From Octopus vulgaris (lineage: Eukaryota), in NCBI GenBank assembly GCA_951406725.2, contig OX597829.1, forward strand, positions 7,812,001-7,876,000: a stretch of 64,000 nucleotides of DNA, in the 5' to 3' direction. The notes beneath the pieces were generated by a model that ran no database searches, was not told where the DNA came from, and saw only the letters and a program-made list of their open reading frames with translations. Shown here in pieces: positions 14,317 to 25,694 of this stretch; the first letter of the stretch is position 1, and the number at the start of each line of letters is the position of its first letter. A program made the position numbers and the translations under genes.

Positions 14317-16186
14317 ATCATCATCATCATCATCGTATAACGTCCGCTTTCCATGCTAGCATGGGTTGGACTGTTCAACTGGGGTCTGGCAAGCCAAAAG
14401 GCTGCACCAGGCCAGTCAGATCTGGCAGTGTTTCTACAGCTGGATGCCCTTCCTAAAGCCAACCACTCCGAGAGTGTAGTGGGTGATTTTATGTGCCACC
14501 GACACAGGTGCCAGACGAGGCTGGCAGACGGCCACGCAGGGATGGTGTTTTTTTTTATGTGCCACCGACACAGGTGCCAGACAGGCTGGCAGACGGCCAC
14601 GCTCGGATGGTGTTTTCTTATGTGTCACCAACACAGGTGCCAGACAAGGCTGCCGAACGGCCACGCTCGGATGGTGTTTGTTACGTGCCCTCAGCACGGA
14701 GGCCAGTCGATGCGCTACTGGCTACGGTCACGTTCGGATGGTTTTCTTATGTGCCACCGGCACTGGTACCACAAGGATACAAATTCCATTGATGTTCATC
14801 TATTTTGGTTTGATTTGATTTGATTTGATTTTCACTTGCCTCAACAGGTCTTCACAAGTGTCACAAGAAGGAAGGTATGCACAGGTGGACTGACTACGTC
14901 CCAGGTAGAGTTATGGCTTCACTAGTCTTGCCGGGTCTTCTCACGCACAGCATACTTCCATAGGTCTCGGTCTCTAGTCATTTCCATGGTGAGACCTAAC
15001 GTCCGAAGGTCGTGCCTCACCACCTCGTCCCAGGTTTTCCTGGGTCTACCTCTTCCACGGGTTCCCTCAACTGCTAGGGATTGGCACTTTCTCACACACC
15101 TATCTTCATCCATTCTCGCCACATGACCATACCAGCGCAATCGTCTCTCTTGCACACCACAACTGATGCTTCTTATGTACAACATTTCTCTCAAGGTACT
15201 AACGCTCTGTCGAGTAAGTACACTGACATTACACATACATCGGAGCATACTGGCTTCATTCCTCACGAGCTTACGCATGTCCTCAGCAGTCACGGCCCAT
15301 GTTTCACTGCCATGTAGCATAGCTGTTCGTACACATGCATCATACAGACTGCCTTTTACTCTGAGCGAGAGGCCTTTAGTCACCAGCAGAGGTAAGAGCT
15401 CCCTAAACTTTGCCCAGGCTATTCTTATTCTAGCAGTTACACTTTCAGCGCACCCACCCCCACTACTGACTTGGTCACCTAGATAGCGGAAGCTATCAAC
15501 TACTTCTAGTTTTTCCCCCGGAAAGTGACGGAAGTTGTTTTCTGCAGATTTTCGGAGGTCAATGCTCCCGAGCATCTGCCACATACAAAAACTATCTTCC
15601 CAGTTAGCCTACCTTTGACATTGCTGCACCTCTTATGTGTCCATAGCTTACACTGGGTACATCTTATAGAGTTTCTACCTACACCTTTTCTACAGATCGA
15701 GCAAGGCCATCTTCCCGAGGTATTTGTGGATTGTCTACCTTTCTACTTATTAGTACTTTGGTTTTAGCTAGGTTGACTCTAAGGCCCCTCGATTCTAAAC
15801 CCTCCTTCCACACCTGGAACTTCTCTTCCAGTTCTGATAGTGACTCAGCAATTAGAGCGAGGTCGTCAGCATAGAGGAGCTCCCAGGGGCAACCTGTCTT
15901 GAATTCCTCCACAATTGCCTGGAGGACTATGATAAATAGGAGGGGACTGAGTACTGAACCCTGGTGGACCCCAACCTCTACTTTGAATTCTTCTGTGTAC
16001 ATGTTGCCAACCCTAACCTTACTTACGGCATCTCTGTACATGGCTTGCACAGCCCTCAGCAGCCATTCATCTATCCCTAGTTTCCTCATTGACCACCAGA
16101 TGAGGGATCGGGGGACCCTATCAAAGGCTTTCTCCATGTCAACGAAAGCCAGGTACAGGGCCTTATCTTTAGCTAGGTATTTCTCC
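14317..16186 (-). mobile_element. Young 5'-truncated RTE LINE family A with minisatellite 3'UTR
   Basis: ORFs 15679-16188 (FVDMEKAFDRV, GVHQGSVLSP, YADD, GLRVNLAKTK) and 14922-15584 (FRYLG, LHGSETW, RLRWYGHV, RGRGRPRKTW); ~59 bp tandem units at 14487-14770. Confidence 0.95.
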
Positions 16187-17759
16187 AACTTGCACCCCCT
16201 CTAGCCAATCTATGGTGGAACTCATTGGATGCTGGATATATACCAGAAGACCTTCTATCCCAGTCTGTTGTCCCAGTTTTCAAAAAAGGAAACAAAGCGC
16301 TTGCCGTGAATTACCGTCCAATCTCACCCACCTCTCATATCATTAAAGTATTTGAGAGAGTGCTGAGATCGCGTATGACTCACTTCCTTGAGAGTCATAA
16401 TATGCTGAACTCCAACCAACATGGATTCCGTAATGGAAGAGATTGCCTGACACAGCTACTGCATCATTTTGATGACATTTTGAGAGCCTTGGGAGAGGGT
16501 TCCAACACTGATGTCATCTACCTTGATTCCAGCAAGGCCTTTGACAGGGTTGATCATAAGATCCTTTTCAGAAAGCTGTTCAATATTGGTGTCACTGGAA
16601 AGCTGCTGCAGTGGATCAAGTGCTTCCTGTCTAACAGAACCCAACATGTTGTAGTCAAAGGAGTCAAATCCAGCCCAGCCAAAGTCAGCAGTGGTGTCCC
16701 ACAAGGCACTGTGTTGGGCCCACTTCTCTTCATCATCTACATAAATGATATTACTGACACCATCAAACACAGTAACATCAGAACCTTCGCTGATGATTCC
16801 AAGATCCAGAAGGTCATCAATGGCATGGATGACCGAATAAGCCTTCAGTCAGACCTACTGGCTGTTGTCCAATGGGTGGAAAAGAACAACATGTTGCTAA
16901 ACGAAGACAAATTCGAACTGATCTACTTTGGAAGGGAGGACGCTCTGAAACTCCCATACTCCCTTCCTTCTGGAGAAATTCTCATGGCGTCCAACAACAT
17001 CAGAGACTTGGGAGTAACAGTGGACAACAACATAAGCTGGGCTACACATATAAGCAGCAAAGTTGACATGGCCCGCAGAATGTGTTTCTGGATTATCAGA
17101 ACCTTCCAGTCGAGAGATTCCCACATTATTATCCTTCTCTTCTCCACTTTTGCCCGACCCCACCTTGAATACTGCTGTCCACTGTGGTCTTCCTACACAA
17201 AACAAAATATTATGAGAATTGAAGCTCCCCAAAGGTCAATCACAAAAAAGATAGATGGCATGTCAGACCTTGACTACTGGGGTAGACTAGAGAAGCTGAA
17301 ACTGTATTCACTCCAACGACGCCGTGAACGCTACATTATCTGTATGATGTGGAAAATATTCCATCAGCACTGTCCGAATGATGTTGGCATCACCTTCAAA
17401 ATACATCCAAGGCTTGGACCACGTGCCATCGGTCCACAACAAAAATCTAAATCGCATAACATAACGACAATACGGCACAATTATTTCACCTCAATTGGAC
17501 CCGCTCTCTTCAACATTACACCAGGACACGTCAAAACAGAAACTGACCACACAAAATTCAAGAAGTTTTTGGACAAATTCCTTCAAACAGTCCCGGACAA
17601 ACACCCACACCTGGATATGTCTCCGCAAACAATAACTCTCTGCTCGTATGGGCCTCGGTGCCCAAATCCAGAATTGAAAGACTTCGCCAGGTGGTGCTAT
17701 AAAGTTAAAGATGGCCTGGGCCAATACTGGCCAAAACCTTTCTAAGTTATTCTAAGTTA
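16186..17759 (+). mobile_element. 5'-truncated CR1/Jockey-group LINE (family C)
   Basis: Long RT ORF; 3' end with a short hairpin (GGCCAATACTGGCC) and (TTCTAAGTTA)x2 tail. Confidence 0.9.
16225..17745 (+). CDS. Non-LTR reverse transcriptase ORF2 fragment (506 aa, no internal stop)
   Basis: [64 protein letters not shown]. Confidence 0.88.
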   Translation: MDAGYIPEDLLSQSVVPVFKKGNKALAVNYRPISPTSHIIKVFERVLRSRMTHFLESHNMLNSNQHGFRNGRDCLTQLLHHFDDILRALGEGSNTDVIYLDSSKAFDRVDHKILFRKLFNIGVTGKLLQWIKCFLSNRTQHVVVKGVKSSPAKVSSGVPQGTVLGPLLFIIYINDITDTIKHSNIRTFADDSKIQKVINGMDDRISLQSDLLAVVQWVEKNNMLLNEDKFELIYFGREDALKLPYSLPSGEILMASNNIRDLGVTVDNNISWATHISSKVDMARRMCFWIIRTFQSRDSHIIILLFSTFARPHLEYCCPLWSSYTKQNIMRIEAPQRSITKKIDGMSDLDYWGRLEKLKLYSLQRRRERYIICMMWKIFHQHCPNDVGITFKIHPRLGPRAIGPQQKSKSHNITTIRHNYFTSIGPALFNITPGHVKTETDHTKFKKFLDKFLQTVPDKHPHLDMSPQTITLCSYGPRCPNPELKDFARWCYKVKDGLGQYWPKPF

Positions 17760-17782
17760 TATATATATACATATATATATAC

Positions 17783-18290
17783 ATCATCATCATCATCATC
17801 ATCATCATTTAGCGTCCGTTTTCCATGCTAGCATGGGTTGGACGGTTCAACTGGGGTCTGGGGAGCCCGAAGGCTGCACCAGGCCAGTCAGATCTGGCAG
17901 TGTTTCTACAGCTGGATGCCCTTCCTAACGCCAACCACTCCGAGAGTGTAGTGGGTGATTTTATGTGCCACCGACACAGGTGCCAGACGAGGCTGGCGAA
18001 CGGCCACGCTCGGATGGTGTTTTTATGTGCCACCGACACAGGTGCCAGACGAGGCTAGCAGACGGCCACGCTCGGATGGTGTTTTTATGTGCCACCGACA
18101 CAGGTGCCAGATGAGGCTGGCGGACGGCCACGATCGGATGGTGTTTGTTACGTCCCCAAAGCACGGAGGCCAGTCTATGTGGTACTGGCTACGGCCACGT
18201 TCGGATGATTTTCTTGTGTGCCACCGGCACTGGTACCACAAGATACAAATTCCATTGATGTTCATCTATTTTGATTTGTTTTGATTTGAT
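17783..18290 (-). mobile_element. RTE-A 3'UTR-only copy
   Basis: Highly similar to 14317-14830; stops at the (GATTT)n tract. Confidence 0.9.
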
Positions 18291-18303
18291 ACATATATAT
18301 ACG

Positions 18304-18344
<41 letters not shown>

Positions 18345-18384
18345 ATGTATATATACATACATATATATATACATATATATCATA

Positions 18385-18700
18385 GTGACGTATAAGTACG
18401 CACGTGGGTCCGCGATCGCACATGTGAGCGTATGACTAGCCGTGTTTTACTATGAAATTTTAATCTTATTTTATATAAGTAGCAGAATTATAACACAGTA
18501 ATTTCCCTTTATATAACGGTATATTTTCATAGCGTTTTTTCAGATGGTGTTGTGGATTTCCACTTCGGTATCTGAAACTCAGAATTTTATCTTGACTATT
18601 GAGTAATTGTAACATATAAATTTATAGATAAATTTCCTCTATTTACATAATATTGAAGTCTCTTTCTTTCTTTTGTTACCTTACCGTTTTTACCAATATG
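18385..18700 (+). mobile_element. Solo Penelope pseudo-LTR fragment related to 3030-3266
   Basis: Shares GTATAAGTACGCA, AGATGGTGTTGTGGATTTCCACTTCGG.ATCTGAAACTCAGA and GATAAATTTCCTCTATTTACATAATATTGA; the 5' half of the hammerhead core is deleted. Confidence 0.85.
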
Positions 18701-18719
18701 TATATTATCCATATATATA

Positions 18720-19280
18720 TACATATAGTTATTTATTTCTATTAGTTTATTTATTTATCGGTGTATTTATTGTTTTCAGGATCCTCTATCGTCATATGTT
18801 GTGGTGTGTGTTAGTGCTCCATTCTAGTTTTCTATTCAGGCTAGGTTTATTTTCTATTATGTGTGTAGCTTCTGTAATTTGTCTAATTGTTGCATCTGAT
18901 CTATGTGTGGATAATATTTTAATTTCTATGTTATTGATTGATCCCCAGTGTTCTTGTTTAGCGTGTTGGTACAGAATCGATGAGCTTTTACCTTCCTTGA
19001 GTTGTCTCCAATGCTCATTTACCCGCTCTCCTATGCTTCTTGCCATTTCCCCTACATATGTCGTTGTCTTGTTACTGCATTGTCCCTCTATACATCTGAT
19101 ACTATAGACTACATTTCTGGCTTTACAGTTTGTTTGTGGGCCAAATCTACATACAGTACAGTACTTATCCGTACAGGGGGTTCTACTAAAAGGATAGGTT
19201 CTACCAATTATAGATTTGATAGGGTTGCCTGGCTTTTCAACAACCTTAATTCTTAGCTTAAGTTTGTCTAGGGTCCTTCT
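18720..19280 (-). mobile_element. Penelope-like element, GIY-YIG endonuclease C-terminus
   Basis: ORF 18792-19301: CTDKYCTVC..CKARNVVYSIRC..YVGEMARSIGERVNEH..S.LYQH..RQITEA.HI...PSLNRK.EW. Confidence 0.9.
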
Positions 19281-19677
19281 AAAAATCAAAACAAAATACA
19301 AAATACAAATTACATGAACATATAAAATTACAAATTACATGAACATATATAAACAGAAGATACAAATATTACAGGCATCCCCCACATACACACACTAAAT
19401 AAACATAAACGCACATAGAGATATAAGCATGCGCAAATGAAGACATACAATAGAAATACAAAATGGCTGACGGTTAGTGATGAGAGACACAAATAAGTAA
19501 GAAGAAAACAAAGGACCACTGATGCGGTCACAGGAGTGTGACGAAAGAACTCTGGCTGAAATAAGATTAAGATTAATGTAAAAAATAAATAACACTGAAG
19601 CAAAGTAACACCAAATATATAGTGCGTGTGTTTTTATTGGCTAAACTGGCAAAATGACCATTCCTAAATACAACAAT
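19281..19677 (+). mobile_element. Penelope pseudo-LTR in opposite orientation to the adjacent ORF
   Basis: Homologous to the 3' part of 910-1726; contains a hammerhead-like motif at 19516-19555. Confidence 0.75.
19516..19555 (+). ncRNA. Minimal hammerhead ribozyme-like motif
   Basis: CCA-CTGATGCG-GTCAC(AGGAGT)GTGAC-GAAA-GAAC-TC-TGG; core deviates from CUGANGA. Confidence 0.55.
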
Positions 19678-19705
19678 ATATATATATATATAGATATATA
19701 TATAG

Positions 19706-19742
<37 letters not shown>

Positions 19743-20815
19743 TATATACATATACACATATACATATTGATATATATACATATACATATATATAGATACA
19801 TATACACATATACATATACATATATATAGATACATATACACATATACATATACATATATATAGATATATATACATATACATATATATAGATATATATACA
19901 TATACATATACATATATATAGATATATATACATATACATATACATATATATAGATATATATACATATACATATACATATATATAGATATATATACATATA
20001 CATATACATATATATAGATATATATACATATACATATACATATATATAGATATATATACATATACATATACATATATATAGATATATATACATATACATA
20101 TACATATATATAGATATATATACATATACATATACATATATATAGATATATATACATATACATATACATATATATAGATATATATACATATACATATATA
20201 TAGATATATATACATATACATATATATAGATATATATACATATACATATATATAGATATATATACATATACATATACATATATATAGATATATATACATA
20301 TACATATACATATATATAGATATATATACATATACATATACATATATATAGATATATATACATATATAGATATATATACATATACATATACATATATATA
20401 GATATATATACATATACATATACATATATATAGATATATATACATATATAGATATATATACATATACATATACATATATATAGATATATATACATATATA
20501 GATATATATACATATACATATATATATATAGATATATATACATATATACATATATATAGATATATATACATATATATAGATATATATACATATATATAGA
20601 TATATATACATATATACATATATATAGATATATATACATATATATATAGATATATATACATATATATATATATATATACATATATATAGATATATATACA
20701 TATATACATATATATAGATATATATACATATATACATATATATAGATATATATACATATATACAGATATATATACATATATACAGATATATATACATATA
20801 TACATATATATATAC

Positions 20816-20908
<93 letters not shown>

Positions 20909-20927
20909 CATATATATATACATATAC

Positions 20928-21019
<92 letters not shown>

Positions 21020-21060
21020 TATATATATACATACATATATATATATATACATATATATAT
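19678..21060. repeat. ~1.4 kb compound TA/TACA/TAGA microsatellite with a 32-bp higher-order unit
   Basis: GATATATATACATATACATATACATATATATA repeats with period 32 from ~19921. Confidence 0.97.
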
Positions 21061-22750
21061 AACAGAGAGGGATGTAATATCTGCCATAGAAGAAATGAGA
21101 ATAAACTCAGCTGCTGGACCAGATGGATTCCCAGCAGTCCTCCTAAATACATGCAGGCATGCCCTAGCGGGACCACTGAAGAAGCTGTTCAGTGGTTCCT
21201 TGGCTAACGGTAAACTGCCCAGGGCGCTAAAAGAAGGCACCATATGCCCTATCCACAAAGGAGGGAGTAGAGCAGAGGCCAAAAACTACAGGCCAGTCTC
21301 CCTGACGTCACACATAAGTAAGGTCATGGAACGAATCATCAGAAAAAAAACTGATCACGTTCCTCGAAGAAACTAACCGTCTCACTGACACACAGCATGG
21401 CTTTCGCCCAGGAAGAAGCTGCCTTACGCAGCTGTTACAACACTACGACTGGGTACTGAAACAACTACTGGATCGCTCACAGGTGGATGTGGTATATCTC
21501 GACTTTGCGAAGGCCTTTGACAAAGTCGACCACGGAGTGATATGTCACAAATTACTCAGACTCGGCATAACAGGAAAAGTAGGTGAGTGGATACATGACT
21601 TCCTGAAGGACAGAAGCCAGATGGTTGCAGCCAATGGAGCCCTCTCGGGAAAGACACCAATAGCAAGCGGGGTGCCACAGGGCACAGTCTTGGGACCCTT
21701 GCTGTTTTTGGTGGCGCTCTCTGACATGCCCTTGGTAGCACAAACAACATCCCTCACTAGCTATGCTGATGACACAAAGGTAGCACAGGCAATCAAAAAC
21801 CCAGCTGATGCTGACCTTTTACAACAAGATCTGGATGCCATATACAAATGGGCTGAAGACAACAACATGCAATTTAATGCTGGTAAATTTCAAGCCTTAC
21901 AATATCAAGCTGTAAACACATATACATTACAACACAACTATACTGGTCCAGGAGGGATCGAAATCCCAGTATCGAAATCAATACGGGACCTGGGGATAGA
22001 CATGAGTGACGATGCATCTTTTTCTTCACACATCGCGAAGGTGGCGACAATGTGCAGACGACTCACTGGCTGGATCCTGAGGACATTCCGGACAAGAGAC
22101 TGCGAGACCATGTTGACACTATGGAGGACATTTGTCCTAAGCCGCCTGGACTACTGCTCCCAACTGTGGTCACCGCATAGTGTCAAACTAACCACAGAGC
22201 TCGAGACAATCCAAAGACATTTCACCAAGAGGATTTCCACCATGAAAGAAAAGAACTACTGGGAGAGGCTTAGGGAACTCAATTTGTACTCCTTGGAACA
22301 AAGACGAGAGAGATATGCAGTGATATACATATGGAAAATCCTGGAGGGACTAGCACCAAATTTTGGAATTGAGAGCTGTTCCAATCCCCGTACAGGACGT
22401 CACTGTGTGGTGCCAAAAGTCCCGTCTTCCACATCCAGGGTAAGGAGCAGATACTGTAATAGCCTGGGGTTCAGGGGCCCTCAGCTTTTCAACAAACTGC
22501 CAAGAAAACTGAGAGATCTGCATGATGCGGATGTGGACATTTTCAAAAAACATCTAGATAAGCTGCTTTCCGGGATCCCAGATGAACCCACTGCAAGGTA
22601 CGAGGGTAACCTAAGGGCGGCAGCTACAAACTCTCTCTTAGATCAGTGGCCAGCCACGGCAAACTGGACTTAGAGAGGGTAGCAACAAGGGCGGTGCCCC
22701 AGCATGGCCTCAGCCGGATGGCTGAAACAAGTAAAAGAGTAAAAAAGAGT
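21061..22750 (+). mobile_element. 5'-truncated CR1/Jockey-group LINE (family D), inserted in (TA)n
   Basis: [16 protein letters not shown], a frameshift in the A-run at ~21343, then ORF 21483-22673 ([36 protein letters not shown]); 3' stem-loop and (AAAAGAGT)n tail. Confidence 0.93.
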
Positions 22751-22780
22751 ATATATATACATATATACATACATATATAC

Positions 22781-22811
<31 letters not shown>

Positions 22812-22978
22812 CATATATATACATATATACATATATATATATATATACATATATATATACATATATACATATATATATATATATACATATATATATACAT
22901 ATATACATATATATACATATATACATATATATACATATATACATATATATACATATATACATATATATACATATATAC

Positions 22979-23009
<31 letters not shown>

Positions 23010-23069
23010 CATATATATACATATATACATATATATACACATATATATACACATATATATACATATATA
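22751..23069. repeat. (TA)/(TACA) microsatellite
   Basis: Directly visible. Confidence 0.95.
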
Positions 23070-24948
23070 CATCATCATCATCATCATCGTTTAACGTCCG
23101 CTTTCCGTGCTAGCACGGGTTGGACGGTTTGACCGGGTCTGGGAAGCCAGGGGCCGCACCAGGCTCCAGTCTGAATCTGGCAGAGTTTCTACGGCTGGAT
23201 GCCCTTCCTAACGCCAACCACTCCGTGAGTGGATTGGGTGCTTTTTACGTGCCACCTGCACAGGGGCCGGAGGGTCCAGCATCGTCACGATCGGTTCGAG
23301 CATTTTAACGTGTCAGCGGCACGGGGGCAACGAGGTCCGGGGTACTTTGGGGATCCAGGGTACTTTGGGGATCCGGGGTACTTAGAATGAGTAGGGGGTA
23401 TGTGGAATTGCTGCAGAAAGCAGCCCGGGTCTTTGTAGTCACAGCATTTATCGTCACTGAGTAACGTAATTAGGTAGAGGAAAGAAATACAGATATTCTA
23501 GAGTTGAGTTGGGGAGGGGGAGGTCCAGTTGAGGCGGGTAATATAGGAGAGCAACCAGTGGGGAAGGTTGGGGTAAGGAGGAACGATGGCAGGAAGGGTT
23601 GGTGTAGGTTCCTAAGAAATAAAGACATTCGTTATCGTCACTGAGTAACGTTATTAGGTAGAGGAAAGAATACAGATATTCTAGAGTTGAGTTGGGGAGG
23701 GGGGTCCAGTTGAGGTGGGTAATATAGGGGAGCAACCAGTGGGGAAGGTTGGGGTAAGGAGGAACGATGGCAGGAAGGGTTGGTGTAGGTTCCTAAGAAA
23801 TAAAAACGTAGGATATTACGAGGCGGGAGGGTGCTAAAGGGGATAGTCGGAATGAGGCAGTGTCAGGAGGAAGCGTAAGATCGGTGGGCAGTTGATGAGC
23901 TATGGCGCTAGCAGCTTGTCTTTTCACAGTGAAAGCATATGAGGAGAAGGGGTAGTGGGGGGAGGAGGAGGGAGTAGGGCGTACCCGGTGTAGATGAGTA
24001 AGGCGTATCCGGTGTAGATGGTGAGGACAGGGTATACTGGTATTGGTGGTGGGGGGTGAGGAACAGTGTTCACCGGTATTGGTGGTGTTGGCGGTGAGAA
24101 CAGTGTTCACCGGTATTGGTGGTGGGGGGTGAGAACAGTGTTCATCGGTATTGGTGGTGGGGGTGGGGGGCGGGCGCACCGCCAATGGCTGAAAGATGGG
24201 AAGAGATGGGATTACGGCTTGAGGTAGCCTAGCCTAAGGTTAAATTTTGTAGAGAGAGAGATAGAAAGATAAATCAAGTTATGGCGAAGGCTTGAAAGTA
24301 GCCTAAAAAGGTTAAATTTTCGTAACAATGTATGAATAAACGTAGTAACAACGAATAAAATAGTAAGATAAATTTTTAAGAACTTGCTGCGGACATCGAT
24401 CGGGAGTTGAAATTGAAGAAGAAAGTAAGTTGAATAGGGAATTTAAATTGTAGAATCGTAATGGTAAGAGGAGGTAAAAAGACCGCCAATGGCTGAAAGA
24501 TGGGAAGAGATGGGATTACGGCTTGAGGTAGCCTAGCCTAAGGTTAAATTTTGTAGAGAGAGAGATAGAAAGATAAATCAAGTTATGGCGAAGGCTTGAA
24601 AGTAGCCTAAAAAGGTTAAATTTTCGTAACAATGTATGAATAAACGTAGTAACAACGAATAAAATAGTAAGATAAATTTTTAAGAACTTGCTGCGGACAT
24701 CGATCGGGAGTTGAAATTGAAGAAGAAAGTAAGTTGAATAGGGAATTTAAATTGTAGAATCGTAATGGTAAGAGGAGGGAAAAAAGAGACCGCCAATGGC
24801 TGAAAGATGGGAAGAGATGGGATTACGGCTTGAGGTAGCCTAGCCTAAGGTTAAATTTTGTAGAGAGAGAGATAGAAAGATAAATCAAGTTATGGCGAAG
24901 GCTTGAAAGTAGCCTAAAAAGGTTAAATTTTCGTAACAATGTATGAAT
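23070..24948 (-). mobile_element. Composite non-coding element: RTE-type 3' tail plus tandem-repeat body
   Basis: RTE tail at 23070-23340; ~183 bp duplication at 23450-23800; G-rich short repeats at 23980-24170; ~305 bp unit x2.5 at 24178-24948. Confidence 0.6.
24178..24948. repeat. ~305 bp tandem repeat, 2.5 nearly identical copies
   Basis: ACCGCCAATGGCTGAAAGATGGG starts at 24178, 24482 and 24789. Confidence 0.95.
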
Positions 24949-25114
24949 ATATACATATATATATATACATATATACATATATATACATATATACATATAT
25001 ATACATATATACATATATATATATATACATATATATATATACATATACATATATATATATACATATATATACATATATACATATATACATATATACATAT
25101 ATACACATATATAC

Positions 25115-25146
<32 letters not shown>

Positions 25147-25254
25147 GTAGATATATATACATAGATATATATATATACATATATATATATATACATAGAT
25201 ATATATATATACATAGATATATATATATACATAGATATATATATATATACATAC

Positions 25255-25287
<33 letters not shown>

Positions 25288-25622
25288 CATACATATATAT
25301 ATATATATACATACATATATATATATATACATACATATATATATACATACATATATATATATATACATATATATATACATACATATATATATACATATAT
25401 ATATATATGTATGTATATATATATACATATATATAAATACATATATATATACATACATATATATATATATATGTATGTATATATATATATATACATACAT
25501 ATATATATGTAAGTATATATATACGTACATATATATATATACATACATATATATATATACATACATATATATATATACATACATATATATATATACATAC
25601 ATATATATATGTATATATATAC

Positions 25623-25656
<34 letters not shown>

Positions 25657-25690
25657 GTATATATATACATATACATACATATATATATGT
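24949..25690. repeat. Compound (TA)n microsatellite
   Basis: Directly visible. Confidence 0.95.
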
Positions 25691-25694
25691 ATAA

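Noticed and set aside
14487-14770. Regularly spaced ~59 bp repeats resembling a CRISPR array
   Set aside because: No unique spacers, no cas genes, eukaryotic context; this is the minisatellite of an RTE 3'UTR.
16225-17745. 506 aa RT ORF as an active or domesticated gene
   Set aside because: 5'-truncated with no endonuclease or promoter, and substitutions in conserved motifs (YLDSSKAF, RPISP); a young dead copy.
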